Shown here: positions 56,213-64,000 of the stretch, piece after piece
How the letters are laid out: the number at the start of each line of letters is the position of its first letter
Numbering within the stretch: the stretch's first letter is position 1
From: Enterococcus phage VRE9_4
Length of the DNA: 64,000 nucleotides
Sequence record: PP680570.1
Direction: 5' to 3' (one strand)
Translations under genes and position numbers: made by a program
The notes under the pieces: model-generated
What the model saw: only the letters and a program-made list of their open reading frames with translations
The model's database searches: none
Told to the model about the DNA's origin: nothing

Positions 56213-56593
56213 TCAACCCTCAAAAAACTTTTTAGTAATTTTTTCCTTTACATTAATTTTTTCAATTTTTTCTTTTGCAGAAAAATCTGTCACGTCAATA
56301 CTGTGGATTCTGTGCTTGTCATTGTCACTAATAAAATTATTCGACCCGAAAAAATTATATACTTCTGTTAATTCATCAGCTTCATTATCCTCAAAAAATT
56401 CGACTAGTTTATAATCATATTCATTTTGAATTTTCCGTTTTCTTTTTGCAACTAAAGAACCTTTATAATATAATTTAACAGTCATATTATTAGTTAATAA
56501 GTTAAATTTCCCAGTGTAAACACAAAGTTCGTCCACTCCAATTAGTTTTACTTTCTTTTCTTCAAATGTTTTAAAAATTTGCATTTCGTTCAC
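56213..56593 (-). CDS. hypothetical protein (126 aa)
   Basis: Own promoter at 56614..56642. Confidence 0.5.
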   Translation of the reverse strand: MNEMQIFKTFEEKKVKLIGVDELCVYTGKFNLLTNNMTVKLYYKGSLVAKRKRKIQNEYDYKLVEFFEDNEADELTEVYNFFGSNNFISDNDKHRIHSIDVTDFSAKEKIEKINVKEKITKKFFEG

Positions 56594-56613
56594 TCCTTAT
56601 TCTTTATATTATT

Positions 56614-56642
56614 ATTATAACAGGTGGTAAAGGGTTTGTCAA
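56614..56642 (-). promoter_or_regulatory. consensus sigma-A promoter TTGACA-17-TATAAT (minus strand)
   Basis: Minus strand reads GGTAAAGGGTTGACAAACCCTTTACC...TATAAT. Confidence 0.65.
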
Positions 56643-57046
56643 CCCTTTACCTTATATTTTTTAGGACTTCCGCCTAAGTCTTCCAGATATCCCTTTTCTT
56701 TCATTTTTTTCAATCTGCTAGGGGTCTGACGGTTTGTGTATTTATCAGCAACTAACAAATGAAAATCTTTATTTTGAAAATACTCTTTGCCACCGAAAGC
56801 AATTTTCACTACATTGTTAAATAAGTCGTCAATTTCATCTTCTGTAATTTTTGCCTTTGCATTTTTAGCTTTCTTGATTTCTTTTTGTTCTTTTTCAAAG
56901 TCTGTTTTCTTGTCACTTTCAAACTTATCAAACTCTCTTAACTCGATAGCTTCGGCAAGATTCAACTCTAATTTTTCAACCATTTCATCAATTAATTTCC
57001 AATCATGAGAAGTAATCTTTTCGCCGTTAGAAAATGTTTCTTGCAT
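56639..57046 (-). CDS. small DNA-binding-like protein (paralog of 21608..21976)
   Basis: ATG 57046 after AAAGGAAAGGAATGG. C-terminal TNRQTPSRLKKMKEKGYLEDLGGSPKKYKVKG. Confidence 0.55.
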   Translation of the reverse strand: MQETFSNGEKITSHDWKLIDEMVEKLELNLAEAIELREFDKFESDKKTDFEKEQKEIKKAKNAKAKITEDEIDDLFNNVVKIAFGGKEYFQNKDFHLLVADKYTNRQTPSRLKKMKEKGYLEDLGGSPKKYKVKG

Positions 57047-57107
57047 ATAACACCATTCCTTTCCTTTACTATATATATAGTATAACATGAAAACTTTTTT
57101 GTGTCAA

Positions 57108-57353
57108 CTATTTTTCACTTTTTTCCCAAAGATAATTATCGCATGCCACAAAAAGACTTTCTAAAAATTTTAAGGCTTCAAAAAAAGGTTTTTGCATATA
57201 GTTTTTATAAATAGGATTTTCGTCAAAAGGCGTTGCCCAATTAGAAACATAATAGACCAATCCTTCCCAATCAGCTTTACCATAAAAATCGCTAATTTGT
57301 TCATCTGTAGAATTTTCTAAAATGGTATTAATATCTTTTTTCATTTTATCCAT
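57108..57353 (-). CDS. hypothetical protein (81 aa)
   Basis: Own promoter TTGATT-17-TATAAT plus AAGGAGGGGA RBS. Confidence 0.5.
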   Translation of the reverse strand: MDKMKKDINTILENSTDEQISDFYGKADWEGLVYYVSNWATPFDENPIYKNYMQKPFFEALKFLESLFVACDNYLWEKSEK

Positions 57354-57579
57354 TTTCGTCCCCTCCTTAACTTTCTATAATAATTATAACAGATAAAACT
57401 AAAAAAATCAAATAATAAATACATGAGTTTTAGGATATTTTTTCTCATTAAACTTTTAGAAAAAATTTTGATTTTTTTCTTGATATAGACCTAATTTTGT
57501 GGTAAAATTTCCGCCCGAAAACGGCAAATTTGCTCACTATTTCACAAGAAAGCTAAATAAAAAAAGGCTTTTCAGCCTT

Positions 57580-57828
57580 TTAAAAATGATTGCCAAGTAT
57601 AGAATACAAACCTCCCCAGCCAATAAAGAAAATATACAAAATACCAAGAAAACCGCTCAAAGTGAAAAATTTACCAGATATAATAATAAAAATAAAATAT
57701 ATAATAGGTATAAAAAACATAGTACCAAACAAAACCGATGATACAATCCCCCAAAAAAATAAGCTTGCTCTTTCTTTGGACTTTCTTTTCTTTCTATTTC
57801 TGATTTCAATTCTATTCATTCTTATCAT
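57580..57828 (-). CDS. membrane protein (82 aa)
   Basis: Basic N-terminus followed by two transmembrane helices. Terminator hairpin at 57563-57584. Confidence 0.5.
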   Translation of the reverse strand: MIRMNRIEIRNRKKRKSKERASLFFWGIVSSVLFGTMFFIPIIYFIFIIISGKFFTLSGFLGILYIFFIGWGGLYSILGNHF

Positions 57829-57869
57829 TCCTTTCTATAGTTATATTATAGCAAATAAAAAGAGTTGTG

Positions 57870-58591
57870 TCAACTCTTTTTATTATTTAAATTTTCTTCG
57901 TTTACAATTCGCCACGCTTGAGGATTAATAGAATAAGCATGAATAGGAATTTCTTTTTCTTGACTTAATAGACAATGTAAAATTTTTGTTTCATCTATGC
58001 TATCCTGTAAAGCAGTATGCTCTTCAATGTAACCTGTATCATTAAACAAAAATTTGTAAGTTGCTTCTGCACCAGTTTGATAATTTCCTTTTTCTGTCAA
58101 AAGGTTGTGAGTTTTTGCGAACTCTTTATATTCTGGCGTATTTAATACAGTATAAGCGGCAACTGGATAAATATCAATCAAAAAGAAATTATCAAAGAAA
58201 TCAAAATCCTTCCCTGAAAAAAAGAAATGAGTTTTTGCAATTACACGAGTGTCAAAACCTAAGTTATAAGCACCAATGTAAGCAACATTATATTTTTTAC
58301 AGTCTTTTTTAAGTTGTCCGATAATGTTCGCCCACTTGCTAACAATGATTCTTTTTTCAAGTAATTTTGTAAAATATATTTTTCCATCAACTACATTTTC
58401 ATCAATCAAGAAAGCACGTTTTTTATTCAACGCTTGAAATTTGAATTGTTCTACCATGTAAGAACGTTCTACTAAAATATTTCCCTTTTTGTCTGAAATA
58501 GCCCAACCAATATCGAAAACTGATTGATAAGGCATTCCCTCGCCTTCTTTTGTTGTTTCAGTATCTAAAATCAAAAATGTTTCTTGCATGT
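57870..58591 (-). CDS. DEDDh 3'-5' exonuclease (DnaQ-like), copy 2
   Basis: Motifs LILDTETT, AYNLGFDT, HTALQDSI. ATG 58591 after AAAAGGTGGAAAATTAC. Confidence 0.7.
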
Positions 58592-58682
58592 AATTTTCCA
58601 CCTTTTCAATAAATTTATTTGTTCCTTAACTACTATTTAAGTATAACAAAAGGGCTTGAGCTTGTCAAGCCCTTTTACTAAC

Positions 58683-59096
58683 TTATTTCAATTTGTAAGC
58701 TACTTTTTTATCCTTTACAACTTTTTCAAATTCTTCATTATCAACTAATGGTTTCATGATTGCCGTCAATTTTTGAGGTGTAGCACCAACAAGCCCAATT
58801 AATTCAGAAATTTCGTGCAATGTTAAGGCTGTTTCTGGTTCTAAGTCAAGAAATGCTTTTCGTACTTTATCCATATTTTCGGCTTTTTCTTTTGCTGTTT
58901 TGCTTACGCCTTTTTTACCACGTTTTGCCTTGTCTTGTTTCACTTGTTGAGTGTGCATAGCTTTCAATTTGTCTAATAATTCAATATCAACTTTTTCAAA
59001 TAAGTCAGTATTTAAAAATGTTTTGTCCTCGATTGCTTTGCTTACTACTTTAACCGCTAATTCCAATGCTTGTGCTTTTGTAATTTGTTTTTCCAT
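58683..59096 (-). CDS. small DNA-binding-like protein, family B, copy 3
   Basis: ATG 59096 after an RBS/leader identical to copy 2 (CATGATAAATTCCACCTTTTTAAAAT on the plus strand). C-terminal TPQKLTAIMKPLVDNE...KKVAYKLK. Confidence 0.55.
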   Translation of the reverse strand: MEKQITKAQALELAVKVVSKAIEDKTFLNTDLFEKVDIELLDKLKAMHTQQVKQDKAKRGKKGVSKTAKEKAENMDKVRKAFLDLEPETALTLHEISELIGLVGATPQKLTAIMKPLVDNEEFEKVVKDKKVAYKLK

Positions 59097-59258
59097 GATA
59101 AATTCCACCTTTTTAAAATATTTTTTTGTAACAATTTCTTATTACATTCTTAGTATAAAACATTTTGATTTGTTTGTCAAGTGTTTTATACTAATTTCTA
59201 ACAAGAAATTTTTGTTGTTTTCTTTATACTCTTATTATAGAGTATTGAGAAAGGCTTG

Positions 59259-59462
59259 TCAAGCCTTTTCCCAATTTTCTTTTAAGAAAGTAACAACGCT
59301 ATAACTTGTAATAGTTGTTAAGGCAATAAGTAACAAGCTTTGAATAGAGAAGAAACCAGTGTACAAAATAGCTTGATAAGTAAAGTAGAATGGTACTAAG
59401 ATACCTCCAGCGACTAAAATTCCTACAAAAACAATTAATAATACTAATTCAGATAATTTCAT
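59259..59462 (-). CDS. small membrane protein (67 aa)
   Basis: Two transmembrane helices. Own promoter. Confidence 0.5.
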   Translation of the reverse strand: MKLSELVLLIVFVGILVAGGILVPFYFTYQAILYTGFFSIQSLLLIALTTITSYSVVTFLKENWEKA

Positions 59463-59535
59463 TTTAAAACTTCCTTTCCTTTTCTATATATTAAGTATAT
59501 CATTGTTAAAATGTTTTGTCAATACTTTTTGTTAA

Positions 59536-59699
59536 ATAATTTCAAATTTTCTATTTTTAAATTCTTCTTTGAAGTCTTGAACGGCTTGTTCATAAGTATC
59601 ACCTTCAACAAAAATTTCTTCAATTTTAGGATAACCACTATCCAAACTAATTTCATCTAAGAATTTAACAAGTAAAATATATTTATTCATTTTTTTCAT
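59536..59699 (-). CDS. small hypothetical protein (54 aa)
   Basis: ATG 59699 after GGAAAGGAATG. Promoter TTGACA-17-TATAAT at 59700-59760. Below the ORF-track cutoff. Confidence 0.4.
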
Positions 59700-60146
59700 T
59701 CCTTTCCTTATCTTGATTCTATTATAACACGACTTAATTCATCTGTCAACACTTTTATCATTTTATCAGCTTTTTCTTTTCGGTCAATTTCTTTTTCTCT
59801 TTGGTTCTTTCTAGCAATCAATTTCAATCTTAAATATTTATTTTTCATTTTAAATCGTTCCTTTCTATAATTCTATATTAGCAAACCTCAATGCTTTTGT
59901 CAAGCATTTTATTAAATTTATTTTTTTATTTTATTTTTTGTTCCCTCCTTAACTTTCTATAATTATTATAGCATAGACCAAGAGGAAAGACAATAATAAA
60001 ACACTGTAATTTTAATTAGAATTTTCTCATTTTGTATGAAAGATGTAAGCGCTTTCATTTTATGGTTTCCTCCCTGTTTGCGGGGCGTTCTCACCTCTCC
60101 TTATATTTATATTATAGCAGAAAAAAATAAGCCCGTCAAGGCTTAT

Positions 60147-60557
60147 TTATAAGTTTTTCCATTTTTTTCTTTGTTCTCGATAGGTTTTTGCTGTTTGCTC
60201 TTCAGTATCATGATGAGCAACCATGTTTGCGCCGATGTTAGTTCCTTGAATTGTTTTTGTTTGTTTGATTTGTGCTAATTCATCTAAGTTTTTTTGCGAG
60301 TATTTTTCAACAGTTTTATATAAACTAGCCTCATTTAAAATTTTAATAACTTTTTTTCGTTTTAAGAAGAAAGTTTTGTATTCTTCTTCCTCTAATCTGA
60401 TAAGCTGAATTATTAAATTATCATCAAACCAATCCAACCTTACCTTTAAAACATTATACCCAAAGCATTTTTCAGGACTTACCTCGATCAATTTTACATC
60501 GTCTTCTTTTTTATAATGATATTTTTTGATATATTCTAAATCATTCATTCTTGTCAC
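60147..60557 (-). CDS. hypothetical protein (136 aa)
   Basis: Promoter TTGACT-17-TATAAT plus AAGGAGTG RBS. Confidence 0.5.
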   Translation of the reverse strand: MTRMNDLEYIKKYHYKKEDDVKLIEVSPEKCFGYNVLKVRLDWFDDNLIIQLIRLEEEEYKTFFLKRKKVIKILNEASLYKTVEKYSQKNLDELAQIKQTKTIQGTNIGANMVAHHDTEEQTAKTYREQRKKWKNL

Positions 60558-60721
60558 TCCTTATTCTTTATATATTTATTATAGCATGAGTTTTGGGACA
60601 AGTCAACAGAAAAACGCCAAAATAAATAAAAAAAATTTTCTATGAAAGCGCTTTCATTTTATGGTTTCCTCCCCCCTTACAAGTTCAGTATAACAAAAAA
60701 ATAGGGGTTTGTCAACCCCTA

Positions 60722-61144
60722 TTACTTAAATTCATTATATAAATTTTCTAATTCAATTTCTTTCTTTTTCTGTTTCTCTCTATCTTCCACACAATAAAAC
60801 ATATCTCTTACAAAAGGTAAGTCAATCAATCTGAGATTTCCTTTTTTATATTCTGATAACATTAATAAATTTTCTTTTTCTGTATCTTCTTCCCACTTAT
60901 CTGTATAATGATATTTTTCAGAATAAAGGATTTCTACTTTCTTCTTTTTTGAAAATATTTTTTTCTTTTCTCTAAAATTCATTAGTGAGATTTTAAATAA
61001 TCCTGTTCTCCATTGAGAAATAAAGACATTTTCAATTATAAGAAATTTATATCCCTCTATCTCTTCATGTAATTCTACTATCGCAGTTTTTTCATCTAAT
61101 TTCTTGATATATTCTTTTTGTTCTACTGTAAGCATTTCATTCAC
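60722..61144 (-). CDS. hypothetical protein (140 aa)
   Basis: Own promoter and AAGGAGTG RBS. Confidence 0.5.
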   Translation of the reverse strand: MNEMLTVEQKEYIKKLDEKTAIVELHEEIEGYKFLIIENVFISQWRTGLFKISLMNFREKKKIFSKKKKVEILYSEKYHYTDKWEEDTEKENLLMLSEYKKGNLRLIDLPFVRDMFYCVEDREKQKKKEIELENLYNEFK

Positions 61145-61196
61145 TCCTTATTCTTTATATTATTATCATAACAGAAAGGGATAATCCTGTCAAGGA

Positions 61197-61523
61197 TTAT
61201 CTTCTTAAAATTTTTCCAACAAACACATCTTGTCTTATTTGTTCAGCTTGTTCAAGATATATTAATTCAAATGAATCTTTATAGATACGATGATTTTTTA
61301 TATCTAAAGTCTTTTTTGTTGAGAAAAAAGCATCTAAAGCATCTTTTGAAGCCTCTGTTATATCTTCATCATAGAAATCTCCTTTCAATTGTTCTTTTAT
61401 ATATTCTGCAAAATCTTTATAAAGCGTTGTAATTAAAAGATGATGATTGCGTAAACGTTTTTCAGTTCTTTCAACCTCTTTCTTCATTTCATTAATTTTT
61501 TCTTTCATTTCTTTTTCTAGCAT
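61197..61523 (-). CDS. hypothetical coiled-coil protein (108 aa)
   Basis: Own promoter and AAGGAGTG RBS. Confidence 0.5.
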   Translation of the reverse strand: MLEKEMKEKINEMKKEVERTEKRLRNHHLLITTLYKDFAEYIKEQLKGDFYDEDITEASKDALDAFFSTKKTLDIKNHRIYKDSFELIYLEQAEQIRQDVFVGKILRR

Positions 61524-61691
61524 ATTTAGTCACTCCTTATTCTTTATAATATAATTATATCATAGTTATAGGATAAGTCAATAGAAAAGCGCCAAAAAGT
61601 TTAAAAATTTTTTTCAGTGAAAGCGCTTACATTTCTTTCCTCTCTTGGTACAATATTATTATAGCACAAAAAAAGGACTTTTGCAAGTCCT

Positions 61692-62177
61692 TTATACTAA
61701 TTCTTTTCCGATTACACTTCTTTTTAATACGTCAATTTTTTCTTTCATTTCTTCACTATCTAAAAATTTATTCAAGTTTTCTTTATTAAAATTCTTAGAT
61801 AATTCAAGAGCCAAAATTTCGCTATCTGTCAATGGATAGTTATGATTGTTTATTCTTCCGCCAACTACTGAAAAGCATACCTGTTCGTTAGTATCGAAAT
61901 CTATTAAATATATATCTAAAATTGAAACTTGAAGCCATGAAATAGCAGAATCAGCGTTTCTTACAATTTTTTTAGAAACTTCTTGATTTGCTCGAAACAT
62001 TATTACATCAGTAACTCGATTATTTATTGTTGTTACTGTTGTTTTTTTATCCATTAATTTTGGGTCATGATTGTATATTCTTCTTCTATACCATGCCTCA
62101 CTAATACTATAACCAATCATAAACAACATAAGACCTATTAAGACAGCTAAACAAATACTACCAATAACTATTCTCAT
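61692..62177 (-). CDS. membrane-anchored protein (161 aa)
   Basis: N-terminal transmembrane helix MRIVIGSICLAVLIGLMLFMIGY. Confidence 0.5.
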   Translation of the reverse strand: MRIVIGSICLAVLIGLMLFMIGYSISEAWYRRRIYNHDPKLMDKKTTVTTINNRVTDVIMFRANQEVSKKIVRNADSAISWLQVSILDIYLIDFDTNEQVCFSVVGGRINNHNYPLTDSEILALELSKNFNKENLNKFLDSEEMKEKIDVLKRSVIGKELV

Positions 62178-62248
62178 TTTAAAATCATTCCTTTCTTTTA
62201 ACTATAATTAGTATAACATGGTTAGAGGTTGATGTCAACCCCTAACAT

Positions 62249-62608
62249 CTATCTTTTTCTTTCCCAGTAGTATTTTTCAAGAAAATCACAAAAATCTGTT
62301 TTTTCATCAATTTTCCATACTATTTTAATTTCATTCGTATTATTGAGCAAACAAATTCTTTCAGTTATAAAGCCGAGAAAGTCATGAAATTTATTTGTGT
62401 CACTTGCTCGCTGTTTATTTCTAAAGAACTTTTTGGGAAGTTCTACATAACTACATCTTTCAGGTAACCAGCTAGTATAAGCTTTTAAATATAAACTTTT
62501 TTTGTTTTCATTCCAAAACATTTCTTCATTATATTGTGACTTTGTTATTACTTGTATAGGATATTTCTCATTAGTTTTTAAATTAACTATTTCAATAATC
62601 TCTATCAT
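62249..62608 (-). CDS. hypothetical protein (119 aa)
   Basis: Own promoter: TGTCAACCCC hairpin at about 62225. Confidence 0.5.
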   Translation of the reverse strand: MIEIIEIVNLKTNEKYPIQVITKSQYNEEMFWNENKKSLYLKAYTSWLPERCSYVELPKKFFRNKQRASDTNKFHDFLGFITERICLLNNTNEIKIVWKIDEKTDFCDFLEKYYWERKR

Positions 62609-62659
62609 ATATTATCATTCCTTTCTATATATCTAATATACCATAGTTTCGGGGTGGTG

Positions 62660-62896
62660 TCAATAAATATTTTCATTTAACCATTTAATAAAATCATTAT
62701 ACACTTGATGAATGTCAAATCTATTTTGGAATTGCATATTAAAATCATATTTATTTCGTAACCATTCACTAAGTGCATAGCTATCAACTAAAGGGCTAGT
62801 AAGCTCTTTCTTATATTTAGATAGGTACTTTCGTTCTAGTTCATATTCTAAAGCAAATTCTAAAATCTCGATAGCTTCAAGAGTTTCATTATTCAT
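62660..62896 (-). CDS. hypothetical protein (78 aa)
   Basis: Last gene before the repeat-rich non-coding end of the window. Confidence 0.5.
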   Translation of the reverse strand: MNNETLEAIEILEFALEYELERKYLSKYKKELTSPLVDSYALSEWLRNKYDFNMQFQNRFDIHQVYNDFIKWLNENIY

Positions 62897-63303
62897 TTTG
62901 AATACCTCTTTTCAATAGGTTTTAGGGCTATTCATCTAACCCCTATAAATAGTATAATATATAAAACCCTAATTGTCAAATGATTTTTAACATTAGACAA
63001 AATATTTTTATATACATTATGTATGTATATATGCATTCGATAACAGATGTTATTTTAATAGACTATCGAGAGATGTAAGCGCTTACAAAAGATTTACTTA
63101 AACAGATGAATTGAAAGCGCTTTATTTTACGTTTTAAGAGCTTTTCATATTATTTGGCATAATTATCTATTAAGCATTATAAAACCCAAGAGAAGAGCAA
63201 AGAAGTGTATTGTGGGCGCTATTATTAACTTTTATTAAGGTGTTAGAATAAATAGTCTTATATAAAATAACACTTATCAGTTATTATAACAAGTGTTATG
63301 TTT

Positions 63304-63527
63304 GGTGGCAGAGATGTGATGAGCTAATACATTGTGAAACATTTCACACATGTACAATCATTCATATAATAATTTATTCATATGTATGAATGAACAGATG
63401 TACATATATTCATATGTGGCAGAGATGTGATGAGCTAATACATTGTGAAACATTTCACACATGTACAATCATTCATATAATAATTTATTCATATGTATGA
63501 ATGAACAGATGTACATATATTCATATG
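63304..63527. repeat. 111-bp tandem direct repeat (2 near-identical units) with degenerate additional units downstream
   Basis: Units start GTGGCAGAGATGTGATGAGC at 63304 and 63415 and are identical through ...TTCATATG. Partial copies begin at about 63767 and 63877. Confidence 0.8.
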
Positions 63528-64000
63528 TACTCACTGCCAGTCTGTGAGCATTGTCACAGATGTAAGCGCTTACAACTCATTGACGCAAGGTGTCAAGCAA
63601 AGATACTTGGCGCACATATGTTCGGCTAGCTCCCAGCAACTTGATGAATAACAAAGGTTATTTAATTTTATAGTTCGGCATTTAAAATAACAAGTGTTAT
63701 TTAAACATACTTAAATACTTGAACAGATGTACATATGAACATATATTCATATATTGTGGCAGTAGGTACAGATGGACTAGACCAATCGTAACCCTAAACG
63801 ATTGTGAAATATTTCACAAGGATTCCACTCAACGTTAGAAATTAGTTGATATTATTAAATAACAAGTGTTATTTATGGTGGCAGCAACATAGACGAGTGT
63901 TATTTAATTAATAAGGGAGTTAGTGGTAAGGGATGCAGAGGTCGTTATTTAATTAGGTCAATAAGTTTTTACAATAGTAATAAAAGGCTTGTTATCATTA

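Noticed and set aside
57499-57928. Plus-strand ORFs 57499..57741 and 57590..57928
   Set aside because: They overlap the minus-strand membrane-protein gene, its terminator, and the exonuclease gene's downstream region. No plus-strand promoter or RBS. Basic or hydrophobic low-complexity translation.
63304-63527. CRISPR array
   Set aside because: Only two long (111-bp) identical units with no unique spacers of CRISPR size. Internal palindromes are operator-like. No cas genes in the window.
1-64000. Integrase, transposase, IS element or prophage attachment features
   Set aside because: No recombinase-like ORF or terminal inverted repeats flanking a cassette were seen. Promoter architecture and the lack of lysogeny genes argue for a virulent phage. 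The lone HTH protein at 43750 is not sufficient evidence for a repressor-integrase module.

Overview
This 64 kb window is a contiguous piece of a large, AT-rich (about 30% GC) virulent phage genome. Gene content and promoter architecture fit an SPO1-like (Herelleviridae-type) myovirus of a low-GC Gram-positive host; Enterococcus, Lactobacillus and Listeria phages have this flavour. There are no capsid, terminase or portal genes, so the window covers the early and nucleotide-metabolism part of the genome. It has three blocks.

(i) Positions 1-21.2 kb, minus strand: a RecA-like ATPase, class Ib ribonucleotide reductase (nrdH-nrdI-nrdF-nrdE), a secreted LysM/transglycosylase-like protein, a tail-fibre-like protein, an M20/M28-like metallohydrolase, a collagen-repeat protein, and three large paralogous proteins of unknown function.

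(ii) Positions 21.4-51.7 kb, plus strand: anaerobic RNR (nrdD/nrdG), thioredoxin reductase, two metallophosphoesterases, RNase H, a minimal nucleotidyltransferase, a thymidylate-synthase-family enzyme, endolysin amidase, DHFR, a PTH2-type peptidyl-tRNA hydrolase, FolD, a lipoprotein, and a tRNA cluster (Glu, Pro, Asn, Leu, Ser x2, Phe, Cys). A Ro60/Rsr-like TROVE+vWA protein is embedded in that cluster.

(iii) Positions 51.7-64.0 kb: a host-takeover-like array of small minus-strand genes. Each has its own consensus sigma-A promoter (TTGACA-17-TATAAT) built into the terminator hairpin of the previous gene. This block includes a duplicated [winged-helix protein + DEDDh exonuclease] module. It is flanked by AT-rich non-coding regions packed with AAAATAAC iterons, GC-rich palindromes, a 14-bp palindromic operator (TGWAAGCGCTTWCA, 7 copies) and a 111-bp tandem repeat.

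The most unusual feature lies between the lipoprotein gene and tRNA-Glu. About 450 bp of promoter-driven non-coding DNA carries three tRNA-mimic elements with intact acceptor and T arms but non-canonical anticodon regions, closed by long-range helices, one of them bulged. The Ro60/Rsr-like gene sits 1.2 kb downstream. Together these look like a candidate phage Ro-Y RNA ribonucleoprotein system.
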